Below are positions 45,301 through 55,358 of a DNA stretch of 64,000 bases, piece after piece. Source of the DNA: a virus. Each line of letters starts with the position of its first letter. Position 1 is the stretch's first letter. The notes beneath the pieces were generated by a model that saw nothing but the letters and a program-made list of their open reading frames with translations, searched no databases and had not been told where the DNA came from. The position numbers and the translations under genes were made by a program. The stretch spans positions 32,001 through 96,000 of the IMG/VR virus record IMGVR_UViG_3300045684_000050; one strand, 5' to 3'.

Positions 45301-48300
45301 TAGGCTATTGGATCAGTACATCCAGTTACCTGACAATTACCTCCACACGTAGGATCATTTGGGAATGTTCCTGAAGGATTATTAAGTAGACAACTTGTTC
45401 CATTACATGCATAATACTTAATACAACTACCATCATCTTGGGTAGCAGCTGGATTATAATTTGCAGCAGTAGGATCCGTACATCCTAAAACTAAACAAGA
45501 GTTATTACATGTAGGATCATTCGCGAATGTTCCAGAAGTATTATCAAGCCCACAGTTAACACCACTACACGAATAGAATGTAACACAACTACCATCATCT
45601 TGGGTAGCAGCTGGATTATAATTTGCAGCAGTAGGATCCGTACATCCTAATATTTCACAAGTATTATTACAGGTTGGGTCATTTACGAATGTTCCAGAAG
45701 CATTATTTAATATACAATTAGTTCCACTACATGAATAATATTGTACACAGTTTCCTGCACCATCACAAACAAAGTTTGGAGGACAAATACTTACACACAC
45801 GCCATTTGTACATTCCTCGCAATCATTAGCATCACAATTCGGATTATGATCTATACATATATCTGCTTGGCAATTTTCACAACCATTACATCGTGCATTA
45901 TCATCTTGACATACTCCATTATTACAACTTCCACAATTCTCACATGGACCTCCTTCATTTATATTGTTTATTTGATCAGCACCATTATCACAAATACATT
46001 CTTGACACCCAGCATTAAATGGAGTACTACATACCCATCCATCGCATACATCAACACATCCTGTTTGACATCCTGACAATGTTGCATACATACCTCCATT
46101 TCCTGAAACGGAATCACACGTATACCCTGGGCCTCCTGAACAATTATATGTAGTGCAATCATTTACGTCACAAGCACTGGTTCCATCAGCACAAGTGTTT
46201 AATGCAGCACAACATGTATTTCCATAATCATCAGCATTAGGAACACAACATGAATTTCCATAACTATCAAGTATTGTATTGTCTTCACATGCCCCATCAA
46301 GACAAGTATCGCATCCAGATGTCCCACAAGAACCTCCATTATTTATATTATTAATTTGATCAACACCATTATTACAAACACATTCTTGACAATCTGCATT
46401 AAATGAGGTACTACATACCCATCCGTTACATAAATCACAATTAACACCATCACAAGACAACGAACCATCTAAACAAACAACAGGAGAACAACAATCACTT
46501 CCATAATCATCTGTTTGCAATCCTGGGTCAGTACAGTTCCCATATCCATCACATACACCACAAACCCCACAAGCAGTATTCATTGGTTCATGAGTATAAA
46601 CTGGCACTGAAACACCACTACTTCCATCACAGGTACAACTTATAGTACATGCATCTAAAGCATGTTGTGGTTGCCTAGAAATAATAACATCTGGATTTAT
46701 AGATAGACAAGTATTTGATGTATTAGAATTTATATAAAATATAGTCGGGTTAATCATGTAATCAGGATGAACTTCAAAGTTCAACCCATTAACTTTTCCC
46801 GGAAGAATATCTGTAATATTTAAACTAAAAACAGCTTCATAATTTGCAACTGTTCTTTCTAACTTAAGCTCAATATCATTATAATAAATAGATAATAAAT
46901 CAAGTTTGTTTTTTATGAAATTACCTATTTGAGCTAATGAACCAATAACCCTATTATTATGCAACACTATAAATATTGGTGAAGGAGGAGGATATATGAT
47001 TCCATTAATAACTATATTTTTAAATGATATAGCAATGTTTGTTGTATTTTGACTAAAAATAATTGTATTAGAAGCACATACGACTCCTGCAGGTGGTGGA
47101 TCAATAACTACTGGTTGAAAACAAGGATTATATTGATTGCAAGGGTCACAACTAGCTATATCGCAAGCTAATCCTATGCCATTTTCACAAATTATAGGAT
47201 CACAACATTCATTTCCCAAACGATCTAATTGTAAATCCGGATCAATACATGTTCCCATCCCATTACACTCTCCACAATCCCCACATGGATCGCCAGGTTG
47301 TGCATAAGTATATACTGCAACAGGATCTCCTGAGCTGTCATCACAATCACAAGATAAAACACATTCAGTAGCAACAAATCCTGTACATACATTTACATTA
47401 TTACAGCTTGGACAATCATTTAAATCACATGCTTGTGTTCCATCACCGCAATTAAGTACAGTACAACATGTACTGCCATAATCATCAGGCACTTCTCCAG
47501 GATCATTACAATTACCAGATCCATCACAAGTTCCACAATCCCCACATGTGTCTCCATTTTCTCCATAAATATATACAGCAATAGGATCTCCTGAGCTATG
47601 ATCACAAGTACATCCTATAATACAAGGTGATGGAAGAAAACCAGAACATGGATCTTCATTAAAACAATTAGGACATAATGCAGAATTACATTGAAGTGTT
47701 CCATTATTACAAACATAAATATCACAACATGTATTTCCATAATCATCCATTACTAATTCGCCTGGACAACACTCTTGGCCATAGCCATCATCCACTTCCC
47801 CTGGTACACAATCTCCAGCTTGACAATATCCGCAACTTCCTGTAGAACAAATAAAACCTTCTCTTATATTTGTTATTAATGCTGTAGCAATGCCATTTTG
47901 ATTCTGACAATTACACTCTTGACATTCATTATTATAAATAGCAGTATTACAAGGATTATTTAAGGCACATGGACTCTTGCATTGATTAATGCAATCTGTT
48001 ATAGTATCATAATCTCCTCCCATTCCGGAAACAGCATAACACTGATATAATGGACTACCTGTACATTTATAAGTAGTTTCACAATAATGAACTTTTACGC
48101 TTTCTACGAACTGATAATCACACTCACCTGATTTAACATCAAAAGTCAACGTGAAGTCATCAGTAACTACATCGTCCCATGGAACAACAAGTTCTACATT
48201 TGTATTTTCATTACCATTTACGATGATAGGATTAACGAAACCAGTTATAGTCCCAGACCAAGCTTTTTCTGTAGGGAAATGCACACCATAATATATTTTT

Positions 48301-48734
48301 ACATCATCTCCATGACATACAGATGAAGATGATACATAAACATATCCGGTACAACCTGCACCTGGTGGCGGCATAGTATCTATTATCTCACATTTTGTTA
48401 TAATATCTAAATCCGCACAATCGACATCATTATCCAGATAATCATTTGGAGTAGCACTTATGATCTCAGCTTTAATTGCCTTCTTAGGACAATCTATTAA
48501 AGCTACAAGAGTAAGCTCTACACACTTAACCTCTCCGGGCAATAGATACAAACACTTCAAAGTGTTCGTATTATTATCATAAGAACAGTTTATCTCAGGA
48601 TTGGAGCCAACCAATTCCCATCCAACCGGTAATGTTACTTTTGCAACAATATCGTCAACTCTTCCTCCGATAGGCGAAGTGTTATTCAGACAGACTGTAG
48701 TCTTTACTATGCTATTTTTTGATACTAAGCTCAA
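42309..48734 (-). CDS. Giant Cys-rich repeat protein (2141 aa), putative virion fibre
   Basis: DUF11-like N-terminus, Cys-rich modules, a Cys-poor ~130-aa insert, GCTDP repeats, 17 CTTYNC modules; no signal peptide. Confidence 0.8.
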   Translation of the reverse strand: MSLVSKNSIVKTTVCLNNTSPIGGRVDDIVAKVTLPVGWELVGSNPEINCSYDNNTNTLKCLYLLPGEVKCVELTLVALIDCPKKAIKAEIISATPNDYLDNDVDCADLDIITKCEIIDTMPPPGAGCTGYVYVSSSSVCHGDDVKIYYGVHFPTEKAWSGTITGFVNPIIVNGNENTNVELVVPWDDVVTDDFTLTFDVKSGECDYQFVESVKVHYCETTYKCTGSPLYQCYAVSGMGGDYDTITDCINQCKSPCALNNPCNTAIYNNECQECNCQNQNGIATALITNIREGFICSTGSCGYCQAGDCVPGEVDDGYGQECCPGELVMDDYGNTCCDIYVCNNGTLQCNSALCPNCFNEDPCSGFLPSPCIIGCTCDHSSGDPIAVYIYGENGDTCGDCGTCDGSGNCNDPGEVPDDYGSTCCTVLNCGDGTQACDLNDCPSCNNVNVCTGFVATECVLSCDCDDSSGDPVAVYTYAQPGDPCGDCGECNGMGTCIDPDLQLDRLGNECCDPIICENGIGLACDIASCDPCNQYNPCFQPVVIDPPPAGVVCASNTIIFSQNTTNIAISFKNIVINGIIYPPPSPIFIVLHNNRVIGSLAQIGNFIKNKLDLLSIYYNDIELKLERTVANYEAVFSLNITDILPGKVNGLNFEVHPDYMINPTIFYINSNTSNTCLSINPDVIISRQPQHALDACTISCTCDGSSGVSVPVYTHEPMNTACGVCGVCDGYGNCTDPGLQTDDYGSDCCSPVVCLDGSLSCDGVNCDLCNGWVCSTSFNADCQECVCNNGVDQINNINNGGSCGTSGCDTCLDGACEDNTILDSYGNSCCVPNADDYGNTCCAALNTCADGTSACDVNDCTTYNCSGGPGYTCDSVSGNGGMYATLSGCQTGCVDVCDGWVCSTPFNAGCQECICDNGADQINNINEGGPCENCGSCNNGVCQDDNARCNGCENCQADICIDHNPNCDANDCEECTNGVCVSICPPNFVCDGAGNCVQYYSCSGTNCILNNASGTFVNDPTCNNTCEILGCTDPTAANYNPAATQDDGSCVTFYSCSGVNCGLDNTSGTFANDPTCNNSCLVLGCTDPTAANYNPAATQDDGSCIKYYACNGTSCLLNNPSGTFPNDPTCGGNCQVTGCTDPIAYNYNPAATVDDGSCNYGYNCINGSCIIQGAGAQGMYATLGQCNANLFPCPDGSIKCTSNGCTTYNCSNGNCVSVIGVGGTFNTSAQCNASIFTCPDGTTECTSNECTTYNCNNGNCQTVPGIGGAFGTFAQCINSRVGCPDGSLKCTSNECITYNCSNGNCLPVNGIGGAFGTLPACQASIFNCPDGSNKCVDSQCITYNCSNGNCVMISGVGGTFTTLALCNASLYPCPDGSNQCASNQCITYNCSNGNCVMISGVGGTFNTLDQCNANLFTCPDGSTKCVDSQCTTYNCVNGVCSAVGGVGGVYDTIGDCNAAVTNCPDGTTKCSPGECTTYNCVNGICSPVGGLGGVYDTIGDCNAAVTNCPDGTTKCSPGECTTYNCSNGICSPVGGVGGAFNTFSQCENSRVGCPGGGLECTAAECTTYNCISGSCVPVNGTGGTYGNMGDCNAAVINCPDGTEVCSANECTTYNCSNGNCISVAGLGGAFTTLELCNAAIINCPDGSDECNTNACTTYNCSNGNCISVAGLGGAFTTLELCDASIYTCQDGTDVCNANDCTTYNCSMNACIAVAGDGGNFATFDACEASYFNCPDGTDACSANGCTTYNCVNGGCFGVQGISGTFATSTICAASRTGCPDGTTECTAAECTTYNCSNGNCVNVIGVGGTFSTLEDCNLSVVTCLDGSTECNSGSCTTYNCSNGTCSSVTGNGGTFATLDACNAAVETCLDGTMVCDLLNCVTYECSQGSCSQASGNSGSYTTLSACQNARITTTCDGGCSCIQCAADGAADCRKSCLSNGDFCACCCAYNDGRPDGCLTLPAGCEAGNCCEPACTGCQDCSSGTCVDVDANCSANDCEECSNGVCTDICPANFVCDGAGNCVQYYSCSGNTCVLDNGSGLFVNDPTCNNICSVVTGACCSGNTCTDGITAAACPGPFQTYLGDGSTCATSNCAATCVDPVSTICTGTCATTAGSCSFPGNCWGSCDGTNYGCVDDIACTCC
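42990..45263 (-). repeat. 17 tandem 45-aa (135-bp) six-cysteine modules
   Basis: CTTYNCxNGxCxxVxGxGGxFxTxxxCxAxxxxCPDGxxxCxxxx; DNA period 135 (44161 vs 44296). Confidence 0.92.
45270..45745 (-). repeat. Three ~54-aa modules containing GCTDPxAxNYNPAATxDDGSC
   Basis: Near-identical DNA at 45440 and 45602 (162-nt offset). Confidence 0.88.
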
Positions 48735-48738
48735 AGTT

Positions 48739-49554
48739 CTATTGTATTATGATCCCTGGGTCTCCTCCTCCGATACCTGGATCTATTTCTATTCCTAAAT
48801 CAGCACAAGTTTTTATACAATCACCCGTACATTTATCACATTCATGGCAACTATCACAACATACGTTTCCACATAAATCTGCAATTTTTAATATTATATC
48901 TATGCATTCCTGTGCAGTGTCTCTTACTATCTTAGCTTGGAAAGATACACTTTCTCCTACAGCTACACAATCTCCAATATTGCCGGTAATAGTTCCTCCT
49001 GTTGCGACAAGATTCGTTACACATGGATTTACATTAATAAACTCAATCGTAGTGTATATCCAATTCGTAATATCAATCGATATAGCTGAGCTACAAGGAA
49101 CCTCTAACATTTGAGGTATTCCATATACGCAATCTCCTGTAAGAGGATCACAAGTTCCTAAACAAGTAAGGCATTGATCAGCCATACATACATTAATACG
49201 GCCAGTTATGCTTCTCATTCCACCAACTTCTTTTATCTTGTACAAGATAGAGTAAGTCTTTCTGTGCTCATAGACTTTTCTTGTCTGAGCTACTACATCG
49301 CCATTAGTTGCAATAGTGACAGAAGAAAACCCTGAATTATCAAAAGAGAATAAGCTAAACTCATAAGTACTTCCATCGCTAGGAAGGTTGATATTAGCTA
49401 TCCCATTTATATTGAAAGACATTGCTTCTCCTGGGGCCGGACCTTGATCACATGCCCACTCTATAGTAGGTGCTACTAGACAGTTAATACAATTCGTTGT
49501 AGGAATTGTTACTGTTGGAGTACCACAATTATTACAATTTGGATAATAATTCAT
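48739..49554 (-). CDS. Cys-rich structural protein with Ig/cadherin-like core
   Basis: 271 aa; CxxC pairs at both ends, beta-rich middle. Confidence 0.6.
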   Translation of the reverse strand: MNYYPNCNNCGTPTVTIPTTNCINCLVAPTIEWACDQGPAPGEAMSFNINGIANINLPSDGSTYEFSLFSFDNSGFSSVTIATNGDVVAQTRKVYEHRKTYSILYKIKEVGGMRSITGRINVCMADQCLTCLGTCDPLTGDCVYGIPQMLEVPCSSAISIDITNWIYTTIEFINVNPCVTNLVATGGTITGNIGDCVAVGESVSFQAKIVRDTAQECIDIILKIADLCGNVCCDSCHECDKCTGDCIKTCADLGIEIDPGIGGGDPGIIIQ

Positions 49555-49573
49555 TTTCTAAATTTTCTTTTTA

Positions 49574-52500
49574 TTAATTACAGCCGCAATCTTCATTTGC
49601 ACCAAAGGTGTTAAATTCACTTGATGATGCAGGTACACTATATCCTGGAACCATAAGATTATTTACCCATCTTTCACCTTGGTAAATAGATGTTAATGGA
49701 GAATTTATATCAACAAACAACTCAGAAGAATTTTCAAAATTATTCAAACAGCAAGTAAATGGACCCCAATTCACAGCACCTCCATAATCAATTCTAATTC
49801 TTACAGTATTCCCATCATCACTTACAACACTCAGCCCTCCATTAGGAATATAATAACTAGCTGACGTTAAACGTAAAACAGCAACTGGGCAAGTAAATTG
49901 AGCGAATGTTGAAGCTAAGTCTCCTTGAGTATAATTAGTAACAGTTATATCATAAACATCTACAGTTCCAGAAGAAGAAACCATCGTTTGCTGAATAGGA
50001 GTAGCATTTACCCACATATTAGCTTCAGCATAACAATTAGCAGCTAAATCACACTCTATATCTTTTTTATGATAAGTCACTATGTCTTGTGACATTGTTC
50101 CACATTCCGTATCTGTAACTGTTACACTAAATATTCCAGACTCCCCATCAGCTAATAACGGTAATGGATCTATAGACGCTCCAGAATATGTAGTAGAAGT
50201 ACCTCCTATATTTACAGACCAACTATAACTATAGTTTCCACTTCCTCCAGATGCACTTGCAACTAATGGAGTATCACAACTATAAGGATATGATGCACCT
50301 AAATCAATATTCGTGCTATTGGCATCTACAGTTAATGAGGGATAAAAAGCACAACAATCATCTGCATCTCCAACTATATAACTATATGTTCCTGTACATC
50401 CATTATCATCCGTGATGGTTCCACTATATGTGCCTTCTACTAATCCAGTAAATATCACATTTGGTCCGGTCTGATTATTAGCAGATAAATCTCCTGTTAT
50501 ATCATAAGGACCACTTCCTCCACTAATTATCATATTCACTACCCCATCTGCAGAATTAAATGAATTACAGGTTTCAGCAGTAGCTGTACCACCAGAAGTA
50601 ATCGTTACTCCTGCACATACATCAGGACATGGCAATATAGTAAATGTATCAGTAGTCGTACAAAGTATTCCTCCACTACCATCATCACATATATGTTCTA
50701 ATGTTATGGTCCTTGTTATAGGTGAAGTAGAACAATTCAAATAGATTGCCCAACTTGGGAATTGAAGAGTTTGTATATAAATAGCTCCTGGCAATGGGTG
50801 TAATGGTCCAGATACCGCAGCATCATAAACCTGAACTCTAGTCCCAATATTACCTTCTAAGTATGCATATAATTTACCTCCACATGCTCCTTCATTAAAT
50901 GGAGCAAAGAACATTTCAGTTAAATTGATAGCTACAACAAAACCAGATACATCTTGAGTAACTTCAGACTGATTACCTCCTCCTTGTGCCAACGTACATT
51001 GACATGCTGATCCTTCATTAAATACAGCAGTATCAGTACACGTAACTGGCCCAACACCATTAGATGTAGCCGTAACCGTATATGTTAACGTCTCACCATT
51101 CATTAGGCAAGCATTAATAGGATTCGTAAACGTTACTAATCCTGTAGTAGGATTATAGTTATGTGCATAATTGGTTCCATTTACATTTACAGTATTTACA
51201 CTAATACCTGAACCTCCTGTCACTGTTATAGAACTAAAAGTATAACAACATTGTCCAGTAATAGTACTTGTTTCAGAATCAAAATCAATATCTGAATCTG
51301 TTATTTGGAAAATAGTACAATTAATCACATTGACAAACACTTGCCTTGTTTCACTACATCCAATTACATTGTCATAAATCGTTACAGTATATGTTGTGTC
51401 GCTTAATGGACTTACTGTTTGTGAATTACCAGTAGCTCCATTTGACCAACTGTAAGTATAGCTTCCGCTTCCACCTGTTACATTAAGTAATGCTAACGTA
51501 AGATTTTGTCCAATTGTATGATCAACTGTTTCTCCTTCAGCAATCGGAACTCCATTTGCTTCCAAAGTATAATTTATATCACATCCACAATTAGTAACAA
51601 TAATAATAGCGGAAGCAGTACAACTACCATCTATATAAAGAGCATTGATTTGAGTTACAGCTCCAGCTCCATACAATGGAACTACAATCTGATTACCATT
51701 TACAACAGTAAGTGGATTGTTATTTTGGTCAGTAGCAGATGTTATGTAATTAAAAGTATATGTCTTCTGAGTAAGATCTTGACTACAATCTTGATTTATA
51801 GCAACAATATTTTGACCTTGAGTCACATTCAACATTATTTGCTGGCCACCCACACCAGTACATGTTCCTGATGCTGATATACTATCTACAGTATAAATAG
51901 TACTTGTATTAGGATTAACACTGATTAGATTCACTCCTGGAACAGTCGTTAATGTATAACTACTACCGTCATCTCCTGATATAACTACAATAGATCCTAC
52001 GGCATTAGTAGAAATCTGCAAATTAGTAGACGACCCTACACATATTGTTGAATCCTCAAGAGAGAAGTCAGTAATCATAGGAGCACTCACCACATCAATA
52101 GTTACAACTTCATTAATATCTATAACACAACTGCCTGAAGTCAATGACACAAAAGTATAAGTTACTGAACTATTAATAGGTCCAAATGTAGCAACACCAT
52201 TGTTTGGTACTGTTGTAGTTAAAATTGTACCTCCATTTATCCTATATCTTAATACGGCTCCTGCTCCTGATGCACTTGTAGTAAATGTTATATTCGTTGT
52301 TTCATTATCACATAATGTCTTATCCTCAGAAAGAGTATATGTTATATTCGGAGTAGATGTAACAGAAACAGTTTTAGTACTTGATTCACATCCTGATGCA
52401 TCTACAGCTTTAATGCTATATGTTCCTGCATCATAATTTGATAAACTAAATGTATTTGTTGTTACAGTTGAAGAATTTCCATCCGGATAAGTAATAGTAT

Positions 52501-55312
52501 AACTTATAGGCGTTACGCCTCCATTTGGAGTAAAGTCAAAACTTAAGTCGCCGCCACAAGAATTTGTATTGTTAGCAACAGTAAAATCAAATGTATCACA
52601 ACAGTTATTATTAGCCTGAATAGTTGTTTTACATCCATCACTATAAAGTACGTCTATTGAATATACAGTTCCTTTTGTCAAGAACATTTTTAATGTAGAT
52701 CCTTGATCAATATAATTTGCAGCTGGGGTAGCACTCAATCCGGTAATAATAAATGAACCTACTTGCTTAGAAAATATAAGACCATATTCTGATCCAGAAG
52801 TAGAACAATCTACTGTAGTCTCTGGAATTCTATCATCAGCATCTTCTAGTGCATATTCTAAAGAACATTCTACAGAAGAACCATAGATTACATCTAATTT
52901 TATAGTTTTAATCGCTGCTCCACCAAGGTTATATTTACCAAACATAGAAGTAGTGGTGCCATCGATAACCATACCCGCTGTTTTGTTATGTACAAATCGC
53001 TGAACGAATGTTCCATTAAGGTATAAATTATACTTAGCTTGAACATCAGAAGGTATATCATAACCCCATTTTGTAATGTCTTGATTTACATCACAGGGAA
53101 CAAATGGATTCTTTAATAATATCTCTGTATTACAATTTTTTGCTTCATAAAATAATTTTTCTGGATGACAAAAACCAACTTTTCCAAGGTCTAAAGCATC
53201 CGTACATCCACAATCAGGACGTACTAAATAATATCTATTACCCCAAAGCTCTCCATTTGGATCGCTTAATGGATATGCTGTTGAACTAGGTATCTCACCA
53301 GGCCCATACAATATATCTTCATAAGTACCATTACCTGGAAGTGTAACATAAACTTTTCTAAACACTTCTGATTCGTCATATGAACCATCTATAGACTTAT
53401 ACCATTTCCATAATGGAGGCCTTGTATCCTCAGATGTCAATTGACCTATTGCTGGCGAATAATCTCCTGCAGCAACTAAATCCATGGCAGTATTATTGCT
53501 AAATGTCCATTTACCTACGGATATATCTCCATTATAACCACATGTATTTGGCATTGCCATAACACCTGTCTTAGTAACGGTAATCTCTATCCTATTAACA
53601 ACCTTAGTTTCAGTTCCAGAACCAATAGCAGGAAGAACAAGAGCATCAAATGTATGAGAGTCTTTGTCAGATAATGATCCCCCTAGTTTTGCTAATTTTT
53701 CTCCTATTGTTCCTACCCAAACCAATCTACCTTGAGAATCAGTCTTATATACATCATAAAATACGGTAGCAACTAATTCAACAAATCCTGAAGTAGGCTT
53801 TTCATTTTCAGCAATATCTGGATGGCCTATATTTCCAAGTTTCGGAAGTGTTGAATAAGTATTTTCGTTAGAACTACCTTTTCGTAATTCAGCATTATAA
53901 ATAAATGTATATGTCCCAGTGTTAGCATTTTTGCTGGCTAAAGATATACCTGAGTTTATTGTTACAACCGGACATGCACAGTTCTCTGTCTTCTGAGTAA
54001 CTTTTATATCACAATTGGTTTTTGTGAATGTCATTTCATCTGTACCTACTGCTGCTCCACATCCGGGGATACCTGCTGCCTGAGAAGTAGTGAAATTAGA
54101 GCAATGGACACATTTACCTTTAAAACATCCATAACCTAGTCCACATTCACATCCTGTAGTACAATCATCCCCATCCGGAACATCGGTACATATACTTCCT
54201 ATACAATCACAACCTAATTTTTGATCACAAGTAGTATCACAGACTGAAGATCCACAAGGTTCACATTTTTTAGTAGTAGCATTACATCCACAACCTTTTC
54301 CGCAATCAGTACCATTATTACATGAACCGGTACAAGTATTTACTTCACATGAGTTTGTAGATTTATTGCAATAGCAACCTTCTCCACAACCTGTAGCACA
54401 ACTACCTGTACAAGACTTACAATAACAAGTATCTGCATTTAACCTTACACAAGCTTTTGTTCCTCCACACGATTCAGGATCATTGCAATCACAAATATCT
54501 TCACACTTTCCATCCACACAAACTTGTCCAGAAGGACATTGGATAGGAGAACATTTACCTGTTATGTGATTGCAACTTTGACAAGGATCTTTACAATCGT
54601 CATCAGAAGTACATTCAGGTGCCGGCAAGCAATCGCCAGTTTCTGGATCTCTTATATATCCAGGCTTACACTTACACTCACCTAGTACGCATTCTTCATT
54701 AGGATCACAATTAGTATCAACTAAACATTCTACACATTCATCTGTCTTTGGATCACATACACCAACTGGACAAACAATAGGAACGATACCTTTAATTGTA
54801 CATATAGTACATGGAGGCCATGAATCAGGATCATTTATATCACAATCAACACACTCTCCATTTTCGTTTTTATGAGGTTTGTCTGGAGGACACTTACACT
54901 TTCCATTAACACATACTTGACCATCTGTACAAGGATGTTCGTCATCACACTCTACACATGTCTCAGTCTTTGGATCACAAAATTCTCCAGGTAAACATTT
55001 ACTTATACATCCTAAAACAGGATCGCATATTTCACAAGGCCCACATGAAGGATTGTCAGGATCACAAGGACAAATTTTTATCCTCTGATCATCACATTCA
55101 TTACAGTCTCCCTTACAGCGTACTACACCATAAAAGCACTTTTCATCACAACCTTCTGGAATCTGAACTTCGATATGACCTGTAGTATAGATACATACGA
55201 TATCAGCACATTTAGGCTGATCCCATATAATTTCTAAATCTGAGGTTTTACAAGCAGAAAGCCCGGCTTGATTGGCCAGGTCTCGAATTTTAAGAGTGTA
55301 TGTTGTACTCAT
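49574..55312 (-). CDS. Giant Cys-rich adhesin-like protein (1912 aa) with EGF-like and SprB/Ig-like repeats
   Basis: N-terminal CxxDxxCxxGxxCxxGxC repeats; GGSGxYxYSW and GTYxxTxTDxxGC repeats. Confidence 0.78.
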   Translation of the reverse strand: MSTTYTLKIRDLANQAGLSACKTSDLEIIWDQPKCADIVCIYTTGHIEVQIPEGCDEKCFYGVVRCKGDCNECDDQRIKICPCDPDNPSCGPCEICDPVLGCISKCLPGEFCDPKTETCVECDDEHPCTDGQVCVNGKCKCPPDKPHKNENGECVDCDINDPDSWPPCTICTIKGIVPIVCPVGVCDPKTDECVECLVDTNCDPNEECVLGECKCKPGYIRDPETGDCLPAPECTSDDDCKDPCQSCNHITGKCSPIQCPSGQVCVDGKCEDICDCNDPESCGGTKACVRLNADTCYCKSCTGSCATGCGEGCYCNKSTNSCEVNTCTGSCNNGTDCGKGCGCNATTKKCEPCGSSVCDTTCDQKLGCDCIGSICTDVPDGDDCTTGCECGLGYGCFKGKCVHCSNFTTSQAAGIPGCGAAVGTDEMTFTKTNCDIKVTQKTENCACPVVTINSGISLASKNANTGTYTFIYNAELRKGSSNENTYSTLPKLGNIGHPDIAENEKPTSGFVELVATVFYDVYKTDSQGRLVWVGTIGEKLAKLGGSLSDKDSHTFDALVLPAIGSGTETKVVNRIEITVTKTGVMAMPNTCGYNGDISVGKWTFSNNTAMDLVAAGDYSPAIGQLTSEDTRPPLWKWYKSIDGSYDESEVFRKVYVTLPGNGTYEDILYGPGEIPSSTAYPLSDPNGELWGNRYYLVRPDCGCTDALDLGKVGFCHPEKLFYEAKNCNTEILLKNPFVPCDVNQDITKWGYDIPSDVQAKYNLYLNGTFVQRFVHNKTAGMVIDGTTTSMFGKYNLGGAAIKTIKLDVIYGSSVECSLEYALEDADDRIPETTVDCSTSGSEYGLIFSKQVGSFIITGLSATPAANYIDQGSTLKMFLTKGTVYSIDVLYSDGCKTTIQANNNCCDTFDFTVANNTNSCGGDLSFDFTPNGGVTPISYTITYPDGNSSTVTTNTFSLSNYDAGTYSIKAVDASGCESSTKTVSVTSTPNITYTLSEDKTLCDNETTNITFTTSASGAGAVLRYRINGGTILTTTVPNNGVATFGPINSSVTYTFVSLTSGSCVIDINEVVTIDVVSAPMITDFSLEDSTICVGSSTNLQISTNAVGSIVVISGDDGSSYTLTTVPGVNLISVNPNTSTIYTVDSISASGTCTGVGGQQIMLNVTQGQNIVAINQDCSQDLTQKTYTFNYITSATDQNNNPLTVVNGNQIVVPLYGAGAVTQINALYIDGSCTASAIIIVTNCGCDINYTLEANGVPIAEGETVDHTIGQNLTLALLNVTGGSGSYTYSWSNGATGNSQTVSPLSDTTYTVTIYDNVIGCSETRQVFVNVINCTIFQITDSDIDFDSETSTITGQCCYTFSSITVTGGSGISVNTVNVNGTNYAHNYNPTTGLVTFTNPINACLMNGETLTYTVTATSNGVGPVTCTDTAVFNEGSACQCTLAQGGGNQSEVTQDVSGFVVAINLTEMFFAPFNEGACGGKLYAYLEGNIGTRVQVYDAAVSGPLHPLPGAIYIQTLQFPSWAIYLNCSTSPITRTITLEHICDDGSGGILCTTTDTFTILPCPDVCAGVTITSGGTATAETCNSFNSADGVVNMIISGGSGPYDITGDLSANNQTGPNVIFTGLVEGTYSGTITDDNGCTGTYSYIVGDADDCCAFYPSLTVDANSTNIDLGASYPYSCDTPLVASASGGSGNYSYSWSVNIGGTSTTYSGASIDPLPLLADGESGIFSVTVTDTECGTMSQDIVTYHKKDIECDLAANCYAEANMWVNATPIQQTMVSSSGTVDVYDITVTNYTQGDLASTFAQFTCPVAVLRLTSASYYIPNGGLSVVSDDGNTVRIRIDYGGAVNWGPFTCCLNNFENSSELFVDINSPLTSIYQGERWVNNLMVPGYSVPASSSEFNTFGANEDCGCN

Positions 55313-55358
55313 TTGTCTTTTTGTTCAATAGAATAAATGAACTCAAAGACACTGCCTA

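Noticed and set aside
42860-47605. Same-strand alternate-frame and antisense ORFs within the Cys-rich gene
   Set aside because: By-products of repetitive codon usage (TGT/ACA/GGA) with no independent start context
48719-49114. 131-aa plus-strand ORF and other plus-strand ORFs (e.g. 59769..60197, 51506..51871)
   Set aside because: Entirely antisense to well-supported genes, with unnatural composition and no promoter support
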